IMG/VR virus record: IMGVR_UViG_3300000976_000011
Location: 77,676-141,675 of that record
Strand: one strand, 5' to 3'
From: a virus
DNA: 64,000 nucleotides
In this document: in pieces, positions 26,277-37,380 of the stretch
Position numbering within the stretch: position 1 is the first letter of the stretch
Layout of the letters: every line of letters starts with the position of its first letter
The notes under the pieces: generated by a model
What the model was told of the DNA's origin: nothing
Databases searched by the model: none
What the model saw: the letters and a program-made list of their open reading frames with translations, nothing else
Program-made: the position numbers and the translations under genes

Positions 26277-29200
26277 ATGTTAGATACTAATCAAGCTCCA
26301 TATTTTAATGACTTTGATGCATTAAAAAACTATTTTGAAATTTTATTCGTTCCAGAACGAGCTGTTCAAGCGCGCGAATTAAGCCAAATTCAATCTATTT
26401 TACAGAATCAACTTAGACAAAATGCATCTCACTTCTTTAAAGATGGCTCAAATATAACAAATGCTTCAGTTTCTGTTTCATTTAATCAAGATGTTGTGGA
26501 TTTAAATGCTACCGATGTAAACTCTAATGCAGTAAATATAGATGAATCGTGGGTTGGTCGGGTTTTCGTTGGCCAAACTTCAGGAGCAACATTTAGAGTT
26601 ACATCAGTAGACTCTACTCTTAGAAAATTATACATTCAACCATTAGCTGGTACTTTAATCAATGAAAATATTGATATTGATCCTATTCAAGATTCGGCTT
26701 CTCCTACCACTCTTTTAGGAACTATTAATAATATTGGTAAAGCTATAAAAGCTACCAATGATCCAGGTATCGTATTTGCCAATGGTTTCTTTATTCAAAC
26801 TAGTCAACAGGAAATTATAGTTCAGCAAGATGGCGTATCAGGAAGTCATGTTATTGGATTCGAATTTGAAGATTCATTTGTTACTGAAGGAGAAGATGGA
26901 AGTCTTGTTGATCCAGCAAATGGTTCACCTAATCAAAATGCTCCAGGTGCTCACAGACTTAGAGCTGAATTAGTTCTGTCGTCTTATGAAGCATCCGGCG
27001 AAATTCCAGATGAATTTTATGCATTTGTCACTATTGAAGATGGAGTTATAGTTTCAACACATAATGCAGTTCAATATGCTGATATTATAGATTTATTAGC
27101 AACTAGAACATTCGATGAGTCTGGTGATTATACTGTTAGTAATTTTCCACTTATTTTAGAAGATAATGTAAATGACGAAAGTAAATTAGATTTAGTCTTA
27201 GAACCAGGTAATGCCTACGTTCAGGGTTATAATTTTAGAACAATTTCTCCTCAAACTATTACTATAGATAAACCAAGAACTACCAATTTATCGAATGCCG
27301 CCAATATATATTCTAGCTTCGGTACATTTTTCATCGTAGATTCTATGAGTGGTGGTCTGCTGGATGTTTCTAGAAAGCAACAAGTAAGATTATTTTCTGA
27401 TATAGATGGTAATGGAACTGAAATAGCTCCTACCAACACTATAAGAGTTATGAGTTTATATGAAATTAATTCATCGCTTAGAATATATCTTTCGGGTATA
27501 GCAGACTCTCAAGCTATTTTTTCATCAGTAAGATCTATTACTTCTATTGATGGTGCTAAAATAGTTAATATTGATACTAGAGCATTAGAGCAAGATAGAT
27601 TAACAGGTACAGTTGAAGAGTCATTATATGGTATTTCACCAAATCCTGCCGCTATATTATTTCTAAATAATGATAATGTTTCTGATGTTGTTTTAAATGA
27701 TACAAATTTCAGGACTCAAAGATCATATATTGGCTATACTAATAAAGTAGGTAATGATTTTGTTATAGATTCAGGCGATCAATTCACAGATTTCGCTGCC
27801 ACTGGTGGTTCATCAGCCGTCGTTGCTGTTTTTGATTCAATTTCGGGCGCAGATTTAACATCTACAGCTTTAGCTAGTGTGAGTGGACCGGATTTTCAAA
27901 CATTAACACTATCTAATATATCACCAGCTATTACTTCTATTGATGTTATAACATCACAAATAACAAAAACTAATACTGCTGCTAATCCAAAGACAAAAAT
28001 TATTACAGAAGTACCAGCACAGTTTGTGACGGATGCTAATGGTAATACAACACTAACTAATGTTGATATCTTTGAAATAGTATCTCTTATAAGAGATCCT
28101 TCAGGGGCAGCAGAAGTTATCAATGTTAATTCAATTAATTTAAATAACGGCCAAAATGATTTCTTTTATGATTTTGGTAGTATTTCTGGATTAGCAGCAA
28201 ATGAAACATATGATATAGTATATAGATATTTCGCACACTCTGGAACTGGAGATTATTTTTCAGTAAACTCATATATCAACGCGACTAATCAAGGTTTTTA
28301 TGCTGATATCTATTCAAGGATTTATAATTATAGAAGTCAAGATGGTTTATTAGATTACCAGATAAGTGATTGCTTAGATTTCAGAAGATCAGTTAATGAT
28401 CTTGCATCTGGAACGGATATTGTTGCACCAGAAAGCGCTTTATTTTTAGATTACAATTACTATTTACCTAGAGTTGATAAAATTTATATCACAACTGAAG
28501 GAAACTTTGGAGTAACTAATGGTATTCCTAATGATTTCACAGATGAACCCAATGATCTACCAAATTCATTAACTCTTTATACTTTAAATCTTCCTGGATA
28601 TACTAGAAATTCTGAAGAAGTTCTTGTCAATTTAGAAGATACTCAAAGATATACTATGAGAGATATCGGCCGATTGGAAAAGCGTATTGAAGATTTAGAA
28701 TATTACACAGCACTATCATTAGTAGAAAATGAAACGAATTCTTTGCTTATTTTAGATGCTGATGGTAACAACAAATTCAAAAATGGTATATTAGTTGATT
28801 CTTTTCAAGACCACTCTATTGGTGATACATTATCGCCAGATTATTTAGTTGCTATTGATGAGCAAGAACAAGAAGCAAGACCTACATTTACTGTTGACTC
28901 TATTGATCTTATAACACAGCAAGAAGCATACTTAATAGGCGGTAATGATTGGCCTAATCAGATTAATAATATCTCTGTTAATGAGAATACTTTAACATTA
29001 GCTTTTACACCTACAGTAATGATTGATCAGCCTAGAGCTAGTGAAACCATTAATGTAAATCCATTTAATGTTTTCGTGTGGTATGGAGATATTAAGCTTG
29101 TTCCGCCATCAGATAATTGGATTGATACGGAATTTAAGCCTTCTGTAACAGTTTCTATTGATGGAAATGTAGATGCTTTTAGAAGAGCAGCTAATTTCAT

Positions 29201-31511
29201 GGGAACTAAATGGAACTCGTGGAATACTAATTGGTCTGGAACTACAACTAAAACTTCTACAGAACGTAGAGTTATTAGTACATCTGTTGATAGATCAAAT
29301 TGGAGACAAGGTCCTCATGGTACATGGTTATCTAATGTTTCTTTAGTTGAAAGAACAAGACAGACAGTAACAACTAGAAAGGATAGACAGAGCCGAACTG
29401 GATCAAGATTAAATGTCGGTTCTAAATGGGTAAAAAGAGATTTAGGTACCAGAGTAGTCGATACTCGTGTCGTGCCATTTATTAGAACAAGAAGTGTTAC
29501 GTTTAACGCAACCGGTTTTAAACCTAATACACAATTAGTTGCTTTATTTGATGGCGTTGATGTTACTAATAGTTGTACATCTACTAATCCAACGAATCCT
29601 ACTGGTACATTGATTACTGATGCTGCAGGAGCACTTATTGGTAATTTCGTAATACCTGCAGGCCAATTTAAAACTGGAACTAGAGATTTTGTTCTTATAG
29701 ATGATGTTAACAATCCAGGAACAGAAAGTAAAGCGACATATACTGCTTCAGGTTTATTACAAACTAAAGAAAGACAAATTTTATCTGTTGAAACTCCAGT
29801 AGTATCAACAAGCACATTTAGTGAAACTAGAACATTAACAAGCTCTAGTTCTAGATCAAGTACTCAAATTACTCAAGAAAGAAGTAGACCATATGATCCT
29901 ATTGCTGAATCATTTTTCGTAGATGAAGAAGGTGGAGTATTTATTGATTCAGTTGAAGTTTATTTTCAAACTAAAGATTCAAATATTCCTGTATCTCTAG
30001 AAATAGTAGCAAATGATAATGGTTATCCATCTACATTTACTTTACCATTTGCTAAGACTACTTTATTACCAGCAGATATTAATGTTTCTACTGACGGTTC
30101 TGTTTCTACTGAATTTAAATTCAGTGATCCTATATATTTAGAGCATTTAGCCGAATATTCATTTGTTATGAAGTCTAATAGTAATAATTATAATGTCTTT
30201 GTAGCTAAGACAGGCGGTATAGATTTATTAACAAATAAAGTTATTTCTGAGCAACCATATATTGGTTCTTTATTTAAATCTCAGAATGCTTTTACTTGGA
30301 ATGCTGATCAAGAACGCGATATTAAATTTAAAATTAATAGATGTCAATTTGATATTAATCCAACTAATATATTTTTCCAACAAGTTGCGAATCCTGTAGA
30401 TCAAAATTTTACAGCATTTATGCCTAATATAGATACTTTAGAAGTTGATGGAACTTCAACTGACGTTTTCTTTTCGGTTGCTGCTTCAGGTGCTTCTAGT
30501 TTGTCTACTGCTGGGTATTCTCAAATAACAAATAAAGAAAATATCGAATTAAGTAATCAAACTACATTTAATTCAGATACATCGCCATTAAGAATGATCG
30601 TTGGTATGATTACTGATAGAGAAAATATTTCTCCAGTTGTTCATAGATACAGAAATTCAGCGATCGTTATTAATAATTTTACTCAAGTTGATTCAGGTTC
30701 AGATTTATACGCTGGAAGTTATATTTCACAAACGCCAACTTTAGCTGATGCAGCAGATGATCTTAGATTGTTAGTTGATGTTGAAAAAGAAAACGGTTCA
30801 GATATTGAAGTGTATTATAGAATTGGAGAAGTTGTACCTAAATTTGTAGAATATGATAATGCTAAAGCTCCTATTAGAGAATTCGAAGGAAAAAGATTAT
30901 ATGTTTATCATATAGCTAGTGATCTTTCTGTGTCATTACAAGGATCTGTTATTTCTACTAATATAAATTCAACTGATTCTAGATTTTTTGTTAAACAAAT
31001 ATCTAATATATCTTCATTTATAAATCAGGCAGACTTTGTTGCAAATGGTTTAATTGCTGGTAACGGCGTGATAGTAACTGATGATACAGAATTTGATGGA
31101 CAGACTTATGAAGTATGGGATGAAAATGCTACATATGATAGAGTTGAAGATAATAATAGAACATCATTTGTTTTCTTCGATAATAAATTCTGGAAATCTA
31201 ATTTATCTAATAACACAGCTGGTGGTAATACATCTTTATCACCTGGTACAGGATTTGCTTGGAGTGAAGTACAATTTCATACGCTAACTTCCATTTTACA
31301 AGATAATGTAAAGCAAACTTGGCAGCCTATGGTATTAGAACAAGAGATTGATAGCTCGGTCGATACAACAAGATATAATGAATATTCTTATGTACCAGAA
31401 GACGATATTAGAGAAGAATTTACTCAATATGCTGTTCGAATTGATTATAGAACCAATGATGCAGCTAGAATATCTAAGTGTAAAGAACTTAGAGTTTTAG
31501 CTTTATCTTAA
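26277..31511 (+). CDS. large virion structural protein (VrlC / DUF4815-like)
   Basis: APYFNDFD…AVQARELSQIQSILQNQ…APGAHR…RTFDESGDY…RYTMRDIGRLEKRIEDLEYY…DPIAESF. Confidence 0.85.
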   Translation: MLDTNQAPYFNDFDALKNYFEILFVPERAVQARELSQIQSILQNQLRQNASHFFKDGSNITNASVSVSFNQDVVDLNATDVNSNAVNIDESWVGRVFVGQTSGATFRVTSVDSTLRKLYIQPLAGTLINENIDIDPIQDSASPTTLLGTINNIGKAIKATNDPGIVFANGFFIQTSQQEIIVQQDGVSGSHVIGFEFEDSFVTEGEDGSLVDPANGSPNQNAPGAHRLRAELVLSSYEASGEIPDEFYAFVTIEDGVIVSTHNAVQYADIIDLLATRTFDESGDYTVSNFPLILEDNVNDESKLDLVLEPGNAYVQGYNFRTISPQTITIDKPRTTNLSNAANIYSSFGTFFIVDSMSGGLLDVSRKQQVRLFSDIDGNGTEIAPTNTIRVMSLYEINSSLRIYLSGIADSQAIFSSVRSITSIDGAKIVNIDTRALEQDRLTGTVEESLYGISPNPAAILFLNNDNVSDVVLNDTNFRTQRSYIGYTNKVGNDFVIDSGDQFTDFAATGGSSAVVAVFDSISGADLTSTALASVSGPDFQTLTLSNISPAITSIDVITSQITKTNTAANPKTKIITEVPAQFVTDANGNTTLTNVDIFEIVSLIRDPSGAAEVINVNSINLNNGQNDFFYDFGSISGLAANETYDIVYRYFAHSGTGDYFSVNSYINATNQGFYADIYSRIYNYRSQDGLLDYQISDCLDFRRSVNDLASGTDIVAPESALFLDYNYYLPRVDKIYITTEGNFGVTNGIPNDFTDEPNDLPNSLTLYTLNLPGYTRNSEEVLVNLEDTQRYTMRDIGRLEKRIEDLEYYTALSLVENETNSLLILDADGNNKFKNGILVDSFQDHSIGDTLSPDYLVAIDEQEQEARPTFTVDSIDLITQQEAYLIGGNDWPNQINNISVNENTLTLAFTPTVMIDQPRASETINVNPFNVFVWYGDIKLVPPSDNWIDTEFKPSVTVSIDGNVDAFRRAANFMGTKWNSWNTNWSGTTTKTSTERRVISTSVDRSNWRQGPHGTWLSNVSLVERTRQTVTTRKDRQSRTGSRLNVGSKWVKRDLGTRVVDTRVVPFIRTRSVTFNATGFKPNTQLVALFDGVDVTNSCTSTNPTNPTGTLITDAAGALIGNFVIPAGQFKTGTRDFVLIDDVNNPGTESKATYTASGLLQTKERQILSVETPVVSTSTFSETRTLTSSSSRSSTQITQERSRPYDPIAESFFVDEEGGVFIDSVEVYFQTKDSNIPVSLEIVANDNGYPSTFTLPFAKTTLLPADINVSTDGSVSTEFKFSDPIYLEHLAEYSFVMKSNSNNYNVFVAKTGGIDLLTNKVISEQPYIGSLFKSQNAFTWNADQERDIKFKINRCQFDINPTNIFFQQVANPVDQNFTAFMPNIDTLEVDGTSTDVFFSVAASGASSLSTAGYSQITNKENIELSNQTTFNSDTSPLRMIVGMITDRENISPVVHRYRNSAIVINNFTQVDSGSDLYAGSYISQTPTLADAADDLRLLVDVEKENGSDIEVYYRIGEVVPKFVEYDNAKAPIREFEGKRLYVYHIASDLSVSLQGSVISTNINSTDSRFFVKQISNISSFINQADFVANGLIAGNGVIVTDDTEFDGQTYEVWDENATYDRVEDNNRTSFVFFDNKFWKSNLSNNTAGGNTSLSPGTGFAWSEVQFHTLTSILQDNVKQTWQPMVLEQEIDSSVDTTRYNEYSYVPEDDIREEFTQYAVRIDYRTNDAARISKCKELRVLALS

Positions 31512-31524
31512 AATAAATATAATT

Positions 31525-31740
31525 ATGGTAGACACTTTAAAAAGAAACTCAAATAACGTAGGATTAATTGCTAAAGATAGTGAAGCCTACGTTAATAGAA
31601 AATCTAAAAAACAATTCCAAAAGGATGTTATTTCTAGATTAAATAATATAGAACAAGAACAGAAAAACCAAGAAAAATTATTAATGACTATTATTAATTT
31701 AGTCTATAATATAGATCAAAATCTTAAAAAGGATAATTAG
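31525..31740 (+). CDS. small coiled-coil protein following VrlC-like gene
   Basis: Position and RLNNIE coiled coil. Confidence 0.6.
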   Translation: MVDTLKRNSNNVGLIAKDSEAYVNRKSKKQFQKDVISRLNNIEQEQKNQEKLLMTIINLVYNIDQNLKKDN

Positions 31741-33240
31741 ATGCCAACACCTTTAGTAAAAAATGATACTTTTCAAACTTTCAGAGAAGTTGTTAATGAA
31801 ATTATAGCGAATGCTGAAAATAATCCATTAATAGAGAGAAGTATCACAAGTCCTTTATCTTCAGATGTAGATTATACAATAGGAGATTTTTGGATTGAAA
31901 CTGGATCCGTTAACAGATTATATACTTTGGTTAGTCTAACAGGCGGTTCAGCACTTTGGCAAGTTGTTTATAGCTCTGACCCAGAAGAAACCCGAAACTT
32001 TCTTGACGTTTATTCTAAATCAGAAAATGATTCTATAACAGATAACATAATTGCATCTTTAAATGAAGGTGGTTCGTTCATCATTAATGATTTTAATGAT
32101 GACGCTTGGGTTGGTACTGTTATTAATGGCGGAACTCCATTACATGATTTTTTCAGTGCAAACTTTAGTCAACCGATTAATAATAATGGATATAGTGGCA
32201 ATATTGCAGTTAAAACTTCATTATCTAATCAATTTGGAGGTTCTTGTGTATATAATATTAAATCAGGATCCACTATTTTATCAACATCGTCTATAAATGC
32301 TTCGGATTTAATAGAACAACCTAACTTATCTTCTTCGCCTTTAATAGAAAATCATCAAATAATTTTATTAGAATTGAATATACCTGAAGCTAATGTTGAT
32401 GATGCATTAATTCTTGAGTGTGTTATATCAGGAACTATATTTATTGAATCGGTCGAATTATTTCCTATTGCTAACAATTTTTATCCAAGCGCTCTTGATA
32501 AAAGATTCGCTGATATCGATGCAGCTTTTTCTCCTTTAGATGAAATAGAGCTATCTTCAGCGATTGCTTTTGGTGTAGAACAGGTAAAGCCAATGGGCCT
32601 TGTCAATATTAGATGTATCGACTCTGCAAATCACGGTTTTTTAGCTATAAGTACATTTAGAAATGTTAATGTTAATATATTTTCTGACAGTATAGGAACA
32701 GTACGATCATTAGCTGCTCCTGGAACAGGAGACGGGGGCGTTGAATTTATAGATTCGATAGTAGAAATAACTGATATTCGATTCCGAGATTGCACACTCT
32801 TTACAACCACTGATTGTAAAATTACATTTAGAAATTCTTCATTGTTTCAATCAGGATTCACTAATAATGCTCAATTCCATTTTATTGGCGGAAGTTTTAT
32901 ATTAAATGGCGATCTTATAATTTCGAGAACGGCCTCGGCCACGCCGTCGGTAAGTACTGCTGGACTTATTCTTGATAATTGTCGAATATTGGAGGGCGCA
33001 TTGGGCGCCGGAACATTAACTATTACTTCTCAGCTTTTAGATGGTATATCTATGATAAATTGTTTAGGGTACTTTAATTCTGTAAGTATTAATAAAAATG
33101 CAACCAATCCAAAAATAGGAGTATTAGCTCAAAATAATACTTTAGTTTCAATAGGTACCTTTAATGTAACAGGCGGCGGTGTGACCTCCTCACCTACTGT
33201 AAACACATTCGGTAATAATGGGTCAAGAATTTCTACTTAA
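31741..33240 (+). CDS. tail/collar fibre-like protein with beta-helix C-terminus
   Basis: N-terminal DTFQTFREVVNE fibre-attachment motif; repetitive beta-strand C-terminus. Confidence 0.6.
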   Translation: MPTPLVKNDTFQTFREVVNEIIANAENNPLIERSITSPLSSDVDYTIGDFWIETGSVNRLYTLVSLTGGSALWQVVYSSDPEETRNFLDVYSKSENDSITDNIIASLNEGGSFIINDFNDDAWVGTVINGGTPLHDFFSANFSQPINNNGYSGNIAVKTSLSNQFGGSCVYNIKSGSTILSTSSINASDLIEQPNLSSSPLIENHQIILLELNIPEANVDDALILECVISGTIFIESVELFPIANNFYPSALDKRFADIDAAFSPLDEIELSSAIAFGVEQVKPMGLVNIRCIDSANHGFLAISTFRNVNVNIFSDSIGTVRSLAAPGTGDGGVEFIDSIVEITDIRFRDCTLFTTTDCKITFRNSSLFQSGFTNNAQFHFIGGSFILNGDLIISRTASATPSVSTAGLILDNCRILEGALGAGTLTITSQLLDGISMINCLGYFNSVSINKNATNPKIGVLAQNNTLVSIGTFNVTGGGVTSSPTVNTFGNNGSRIST

Positions 33241-33719
33241 TTACAAGAAGGTCCTATTATATTAACCGCAAGATCGCCATTTCTTATGACTTGGCGTCTT
33301 AATGCATTACATAACCTAGACTCTGGATCTTCAGTGAAACCACAAAACTTGTAATTCCGTATAGCTTCACATGCTCTTTCCTGATTACTAGGAAATCCTT
33401 CAGGTACAGGTCTAGTACTATTAAATAAAGCTGTGGCTCGTCTATCTAATGCCGCCGCTTTTAATCCTCTAGCTCTACACATACCTTGTTGACTAAAACC
33501 AGGCCCAGGTTCTATAAATGGAACAGTGCAATCTTCCGGATCTGAAAATTCAGGTTGAGGATCTGGAGTAGGTACTGGCTCATCTGGAACTTCAGGTTCT
33601 ATTGGCTCTGGTTCAGGCAATGGAACTGGAATAGGTTCCATTGATGTTTGAGCGTGAGCAGGCAAAACAACTGCTGCAATAACCGGAGTAGACCATTTTA
33701 ATAATTCTCTGCGTTTCAT
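33237..33719 (-). CDS. exported Pro-rich protein with RR…WxxP…LPAHAQTS signal
   Basis: MKRRELLKWSTPVIAAVVLPAHAQTS; PEPEP linker; six Cys in the C-terminal domain. Confidence 0.7.
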   Translation of the reverse strand: MKRRELLKWSTPVIAAVVLPAHAQTSMEPIPVPLPEPEPIEPEVPDEPVPTPDPQPEFSDPEDCTVPFIEPGPGFSQQGMCRARGLKAAALDRRATALFNSTRPVPEGFPSNQERACEAIRNYKFCGFTEDPESRLCNALRRQVIRNGDLAVNIIGPSCN

Positions 33720-33749
33720 AATTCATACCTTAATTATTTCTATATTGAT

Positions 33750-33779
33750 ATTATATTTTAAATTTATCCTAAAGTAAAC
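33750..33779 (-). promoter_or_regulatory. early promoter
   Basis: GTTTACT-17-TATAAT on minus strand. Confidence 0.75.
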
Positions 33780-33794
33780 TATATAAATATTAAT

Positions 33795-34193
33795 ATGACT
33801 AGAATGGATAAAATAAAAGATTTCTTTTTACATTGGGCAGAAATTATAGATGCTTGGAGAGTGGCTCCACGAGCTGTTTTAGCATTTTATGCTTATATGA
33901 TATTAAAAACTAGTTTATGGTTCATGGACTTAGAATCACCCACTCCAGAACAATCAGCATTTGTTATGGCAATTTGGGGAACAGCAGCATTAATATTTAA
34001 TTTTTATGCTAAATCAGGGAGAGCATGGGGTCCACAAATTGAATGGACTAATGTAGGAAAAAATGACTTTTTAGCTGGACAAAGAGATAGATATTATGGT
34101 GGAAACCAAAGGCGCTCAAGAAGTAGATATAGAGATAGATCTACAAAGAGAAACAGAAACGAAGAACCCGATCAGGAGGAAGAAGATGGCTAG
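33795..34193 (+). CDS. holin-like membrane protein
   Basis: Two TMs, highly charged C-terminal tail, late promoter, directly upstream of spanin-like pair. Confidence 0.6.
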   Translation: MTRMDKIKDFFLHWAEIIDAWRVAPRAVLAFYAYMILKTSLWFMDLESPTPEQSAFVMAIWGTAALIFNFYAKSGRAWGPQIEWTNVGKNDFLAGQRDRYYGGNQRRSRSRYRDRSTKRNRNEEPDQEEEDG

Positions 34194-34584
34194 TTTAATT
34201 TGGTCATTTGTCGCTAGATATGGATTATCTGTATTTTTAACTATTGCTATATATAATCAGTTGGATTCTTATCCGCCGATTTCTTGGTTTGATAAAGATC
34301 AAAGAACTATAAGTAAGCTAACAAATGACAAAAAATCATTAGAGGAAACTATAGCTGAATTAGTAGAAGAAAAATCTTTATTAACAGTTAAAATAGAAGA
34401 ACAAAATTCCGCAGTAAAAAGACTTAAGGAAGCTAACGATAAAAAGGAAGCTTCAAATAAAGCTTTATCAAGAAAATTATCTAAAGAATTAAACGATCTA
34501 GATAATGATATTCAAAATAGAGATCTAGATATAAACTCATGTCAAGATGCTATAGATTATATTATAGGAGTAAATAATGATTAA
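34186..34584 (+). CDS. i-spanin (Rz-like)
   Basis: N-terminal TM (from MASLIW) plus long coiled coil with C-terminal Cys. Confidence 0.6.
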   Translation: MASLIWSFVARYGLSVFLTIAIYNQLDSYPPISWFDKDQRTISKLTNDKKSLEETIAELVEEKSLLTVKIEEQNSAVKRLKEANDKKEASNKALSRKLSKELNDLDNDIQNRDLDINSCQDAIDYIIGVNND

Positions 34585-34846
34585 TAAGTTTTTAATTTTA
34601 GTCAGCTGCTTAATTTTAGCTGGTTGTCCAAATAATAAACAAAATGTTCGAGTTGTTAATATACCAGTACCAACAATTAGTAAAATAGAACCTTTAGAAG
34701 AGTTTGTTGGACGATGTGATAAATTTTCAGAAAAAGATAATAAAAATTATGAAGCAATCGCTAAAGCCTGTAAAAGGGATTTAGAGATATTAATAAAAAG
34801 AGATCAGATTCACCAGAGAGTAATTAAACAACACAATGGCGACTAA
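34577..34846 (+). CDS. o-spanin (Rz1-like lipoprotein)
   Basis: LILAGC lipobox, overlaps i-spanin end. Confidence 0.65.
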   Translation: MINKFLILVSCLILAGCPNNKQNVRVVNIPVPTISKIEPLEEFVGRCDKFSEKDNKNYEAIAKACKRDLEILIKRDQIHQRVIKQHNGD

Positions 34847-35219
34847 AACTATTAAAAGATTACCACCTATAAGAAGAGGTGACACCAAAACTTGGCAATT
34901 TAATTTAAGTGATAAAGATGGCGTAGCTTTAGATATTACCGGCTTTATTTTCACAGTAACAATAAAAGAAAGTTTAACTGATCCTAATTCAAGGGCTATT
35001 ATATCTAAATCTGTGGTTGCTGGGCCAACTAATAATGATTTAGACGACCCAGTTAATGGATTAGTATTTTTTACTTTATTAGCTTCTGAGACAGAAAAAT
35101 TAAGTGTTCAAACATATCAAATAGGAATATCTAAATCTGTTCCTAGCACTCCTGAAAATATAATAACTACATTTTTAGTTGATGAGTTAGTTGTACTTCC
35201 TGATGCAACTATAAACTAA
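34836..35219 (+). CDS. BppU-N-like Ig-fold adaptor
   Basis: IRRGDT…LDITG…GLVFFTL…ET pattern. Confidence 0.65.
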   Translation: MATKTIKRLPPIRRGDTKTWQFNLSDKDGVALDITGFIFTVTIKESLTDPNSRAIISKSVVAGPTNNDLDDPVNGLVFFTLLASETEKLSVQTYQIGISKSVPSTPENIITTFLVDELVVLPDATIN

Positions 35220-35656
35220 TGTCTGATAATTTAAATATAACAAATGAAAATACAACTATTTCTGTTAATGAATTAGTTGAAAACATTAATGTATCTGAAG
35301 ATAGTTTAGAATTTAAAATATTTAATAATAGCGAAACTCTTCAAATAGAAGAAAAATCTGAAATTCTAAATATTTCTGATACTCAAGATGTACTCCATTT
35401 TGGTATCAATGATATCATTATAGTAAATAATAATGGAGGAGGATCTAATCAACCTGAACCTCAAACTAGATTATTAGATTTTATATCTTTAGATGAAGTT
35501 TTGATTGGTTATAGTTTAGGTACTGATACATCTTTACCTATATGGAGAATATGTAGGATAGAAAAAAGCTTCTTACTTGAGCCAGATATGGATTTAGCTG
35601 ATGGAAGCGATCAATATAATAAAATTTGGGATGACAGACTTACATATACATACTAA
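35219..35656 (+). CDS. virion-associated hypothetical protein
   Basis: C-terminal WRICRI…ADG…IWDDRLTYTY motif. Confidence 0.6.
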   Translation: MSDNLNITNENTTISVNELVENINVSEDSLEFKIFNNSETLQIEEKSEILNISDTQDVLHFGINDIIIVNNNGGGSNQPEPQTRLLDFISLDEVLIGYSLGTDTSLPIWRICRIEKSFLLEPDMDLADGSDQYNKIWDDRLTYTY

Positions 35657-35723
35657 ATTTTTATAAATAATATTATGGATTTTATCCAAAAAGAATAATA
35701 ATATAATAAAAGGAACTTAACCA

Positions 35724-37334
35724 ATGCCAAAAATCGTAGACCCGGATTTAATCGAACAGACTACAGACGTTGTATTCGATACAACAGCTAAAACTATTCA
35801 ACTGCTTTCTACTGGTGCTATAGATAACACTGGCAGTTCAGCAACTAATGGAGTAACACTTCAGTGTTTATACTCATTCACTCTAGAAGAGTGGGGTACT
35901 GATTTAAATTTAATTAGATTCAGATTTCCATTCGAACCTATTACAGCAGAACAATTCGAATTAGTTAATGGATGGACCTTTGCTGATTCAGAAACAGAAC
36001 AATTAATTAGAGATGCTGGCTGGGCTGTTCGTAATGATTCTGGTAATATAGTTCAGATGTGGACAAATATTGGATCTCTGGGAGCCTTCGATGCTCAAAC
36101 AGATCAAGCATATTATCAACAAGAGCTTGATGGACCTGCCACTGCGTTTGATTTTTCAGGTGAAGTGAATCAAGCTGTTCAAATACTTTTTGATCCAAAT
36201 GGAGATGGAAGTTATGGAGATGGATATGACAGACGCGGTTATTTTAAAGTATTTTTACGAGAAGAAAATAAATTATTCGATTCATATGATTTAATTGAGG
36301 AACAAGGTCCTACAGATGAGGCTGGTGTTACTCGTATGACTTTCAGAAAATATTCACTACCGCTATCAAATGGTACCGATTTAAATTATATAGATTCGGA
36401 TGCCAATATTGGTACTCAAGCTCCATATACTGATGTTGATATTTCTTATATACGCGATATTAATGGCGATTTAGTTAATATTATAGGTGATTGGCAAGCT
36501 GGAAGAACAAATTTATTTGGCGATGTTGTTCGGTCTTCTGTAGATGGTCGTTGGTATATTAATAATGATGACACTAATCCAGCTTCCGGCGATGATTCAG
36601 ATTTAGCTGGCGGATCAGATATTAACACTACTTGGACTCCGTATGAAGGTGAACGTGAAATCGGCGGAGTATATTATCCTTTTACTGTAATAATTGATGC
36701 TAACGCTGATGATTTAGCATCAGGAGCAGCTAAAGAGGATGTATACGAAAAAATACAATTCAGCTTACGTCAGTCAACTGATATTGATGATGGCTCAGGA
36801 ACAGTCATAGGTGAAACAGCTGATGATCTATTGAGATTTGTTGGTGATACTCTAGTTACAGAACCGGGCGTTTATATTGATGATTTCAACTCTATCGATA
36901 CAAACAGTATTACATTCACCGATTCGACTGGCGGTGCTAGACAGTTCCCATTCGTTGCTGCGGGTAATTTACAGTTTAACGGTAACTTGCAAGCTGATGC
37001 TAATGCTAAGTACTTCCTATTCTTCACTAATGATGACGCGGGAGATAATGCAGGTAACGACTATGATACCGCAGGCGCAACACTAATACAAGATAACAGT
37101 TCTAGTGATATTACTGGTGATGTATTGGGTAACGCTACTATTGCATTCAACTACGACTATGATGGTAATGATCAGCGCGGAACAGGCTCACCTGGAACAG
37201 ATGTACCATATACAGGTATCGCATTAGGTAGAGGTACCGCTCAATATGTATTGACAACAGGCACATTGACTCGATCAACTGCAAACTCAGTTAACTTCGT
37301 AGCAGGACTAGAACGCGTATACTTAAATCCATAA
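35724..37334 (+). CDS. abundant virion structural protein, possible filament/fibre subunit
   Basis: Own late promoter, AAGGAA RBS and terminator; acidic, beta-rich; ends ERVYLNP. Confidence 0.6.
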   Translation: MPKIVDPDLIEQTTDVVFDTTAKTIQLLSTGAIDNTGSSATNGVTLQCLYSFTLEEWGTDLNLIRFRFPFEPITAEQFELVNGWTFADSETEQLIRDAGWAVRNDSGNIVQMWTNIGSLGAFDAQTDQAYYQQELDGPATAFDFSGEVNQAVQILFDPNGDGSYGDGYDRRGYFKVFLREENKLFDSYDLIEEQGPTDEAGVTRMTFRKYSLPLSNGTDLNYIDSDANIGTQAPYTDVDISYIRDINGDLVNIIGDWQAGRTNLFGDVVRSSVDGRWYINNDDTNPASGDDSDLAGGSDINTTWTPYEGEREIGGVYYPFTVIIDANADDLASGAAKEDVYEKIQFSLRQSTDIDDGSGTVIGETADDLLRFVGDTLVTEPGVYIDDFNSIDTNSITFTDSTGGARQFPFVAAGNLQFNGNLQADANAKYFLFFTNDDAGDNAGNDYDTAGATLIQDNSSSDITGDVLGNATIAFNYDYDGNDQRGTGSPGTDVPYTGIALGRGTAQYVLTTGTLTRSTANSVNFVAGLERVYLNP

Positions 37335-37353
37335 TCTAATTTTATTTTTAAAG

Positions 37354-37380
37354 AAAAGGGAGCCTCGTGCTCCCTTTTTT
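37354..37380 (+). terminator. intrinsic terminator
   Basis: AAAAGGGAGC-CTCGT-GCTCCCTTTTTT. Confidence 0.9.
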
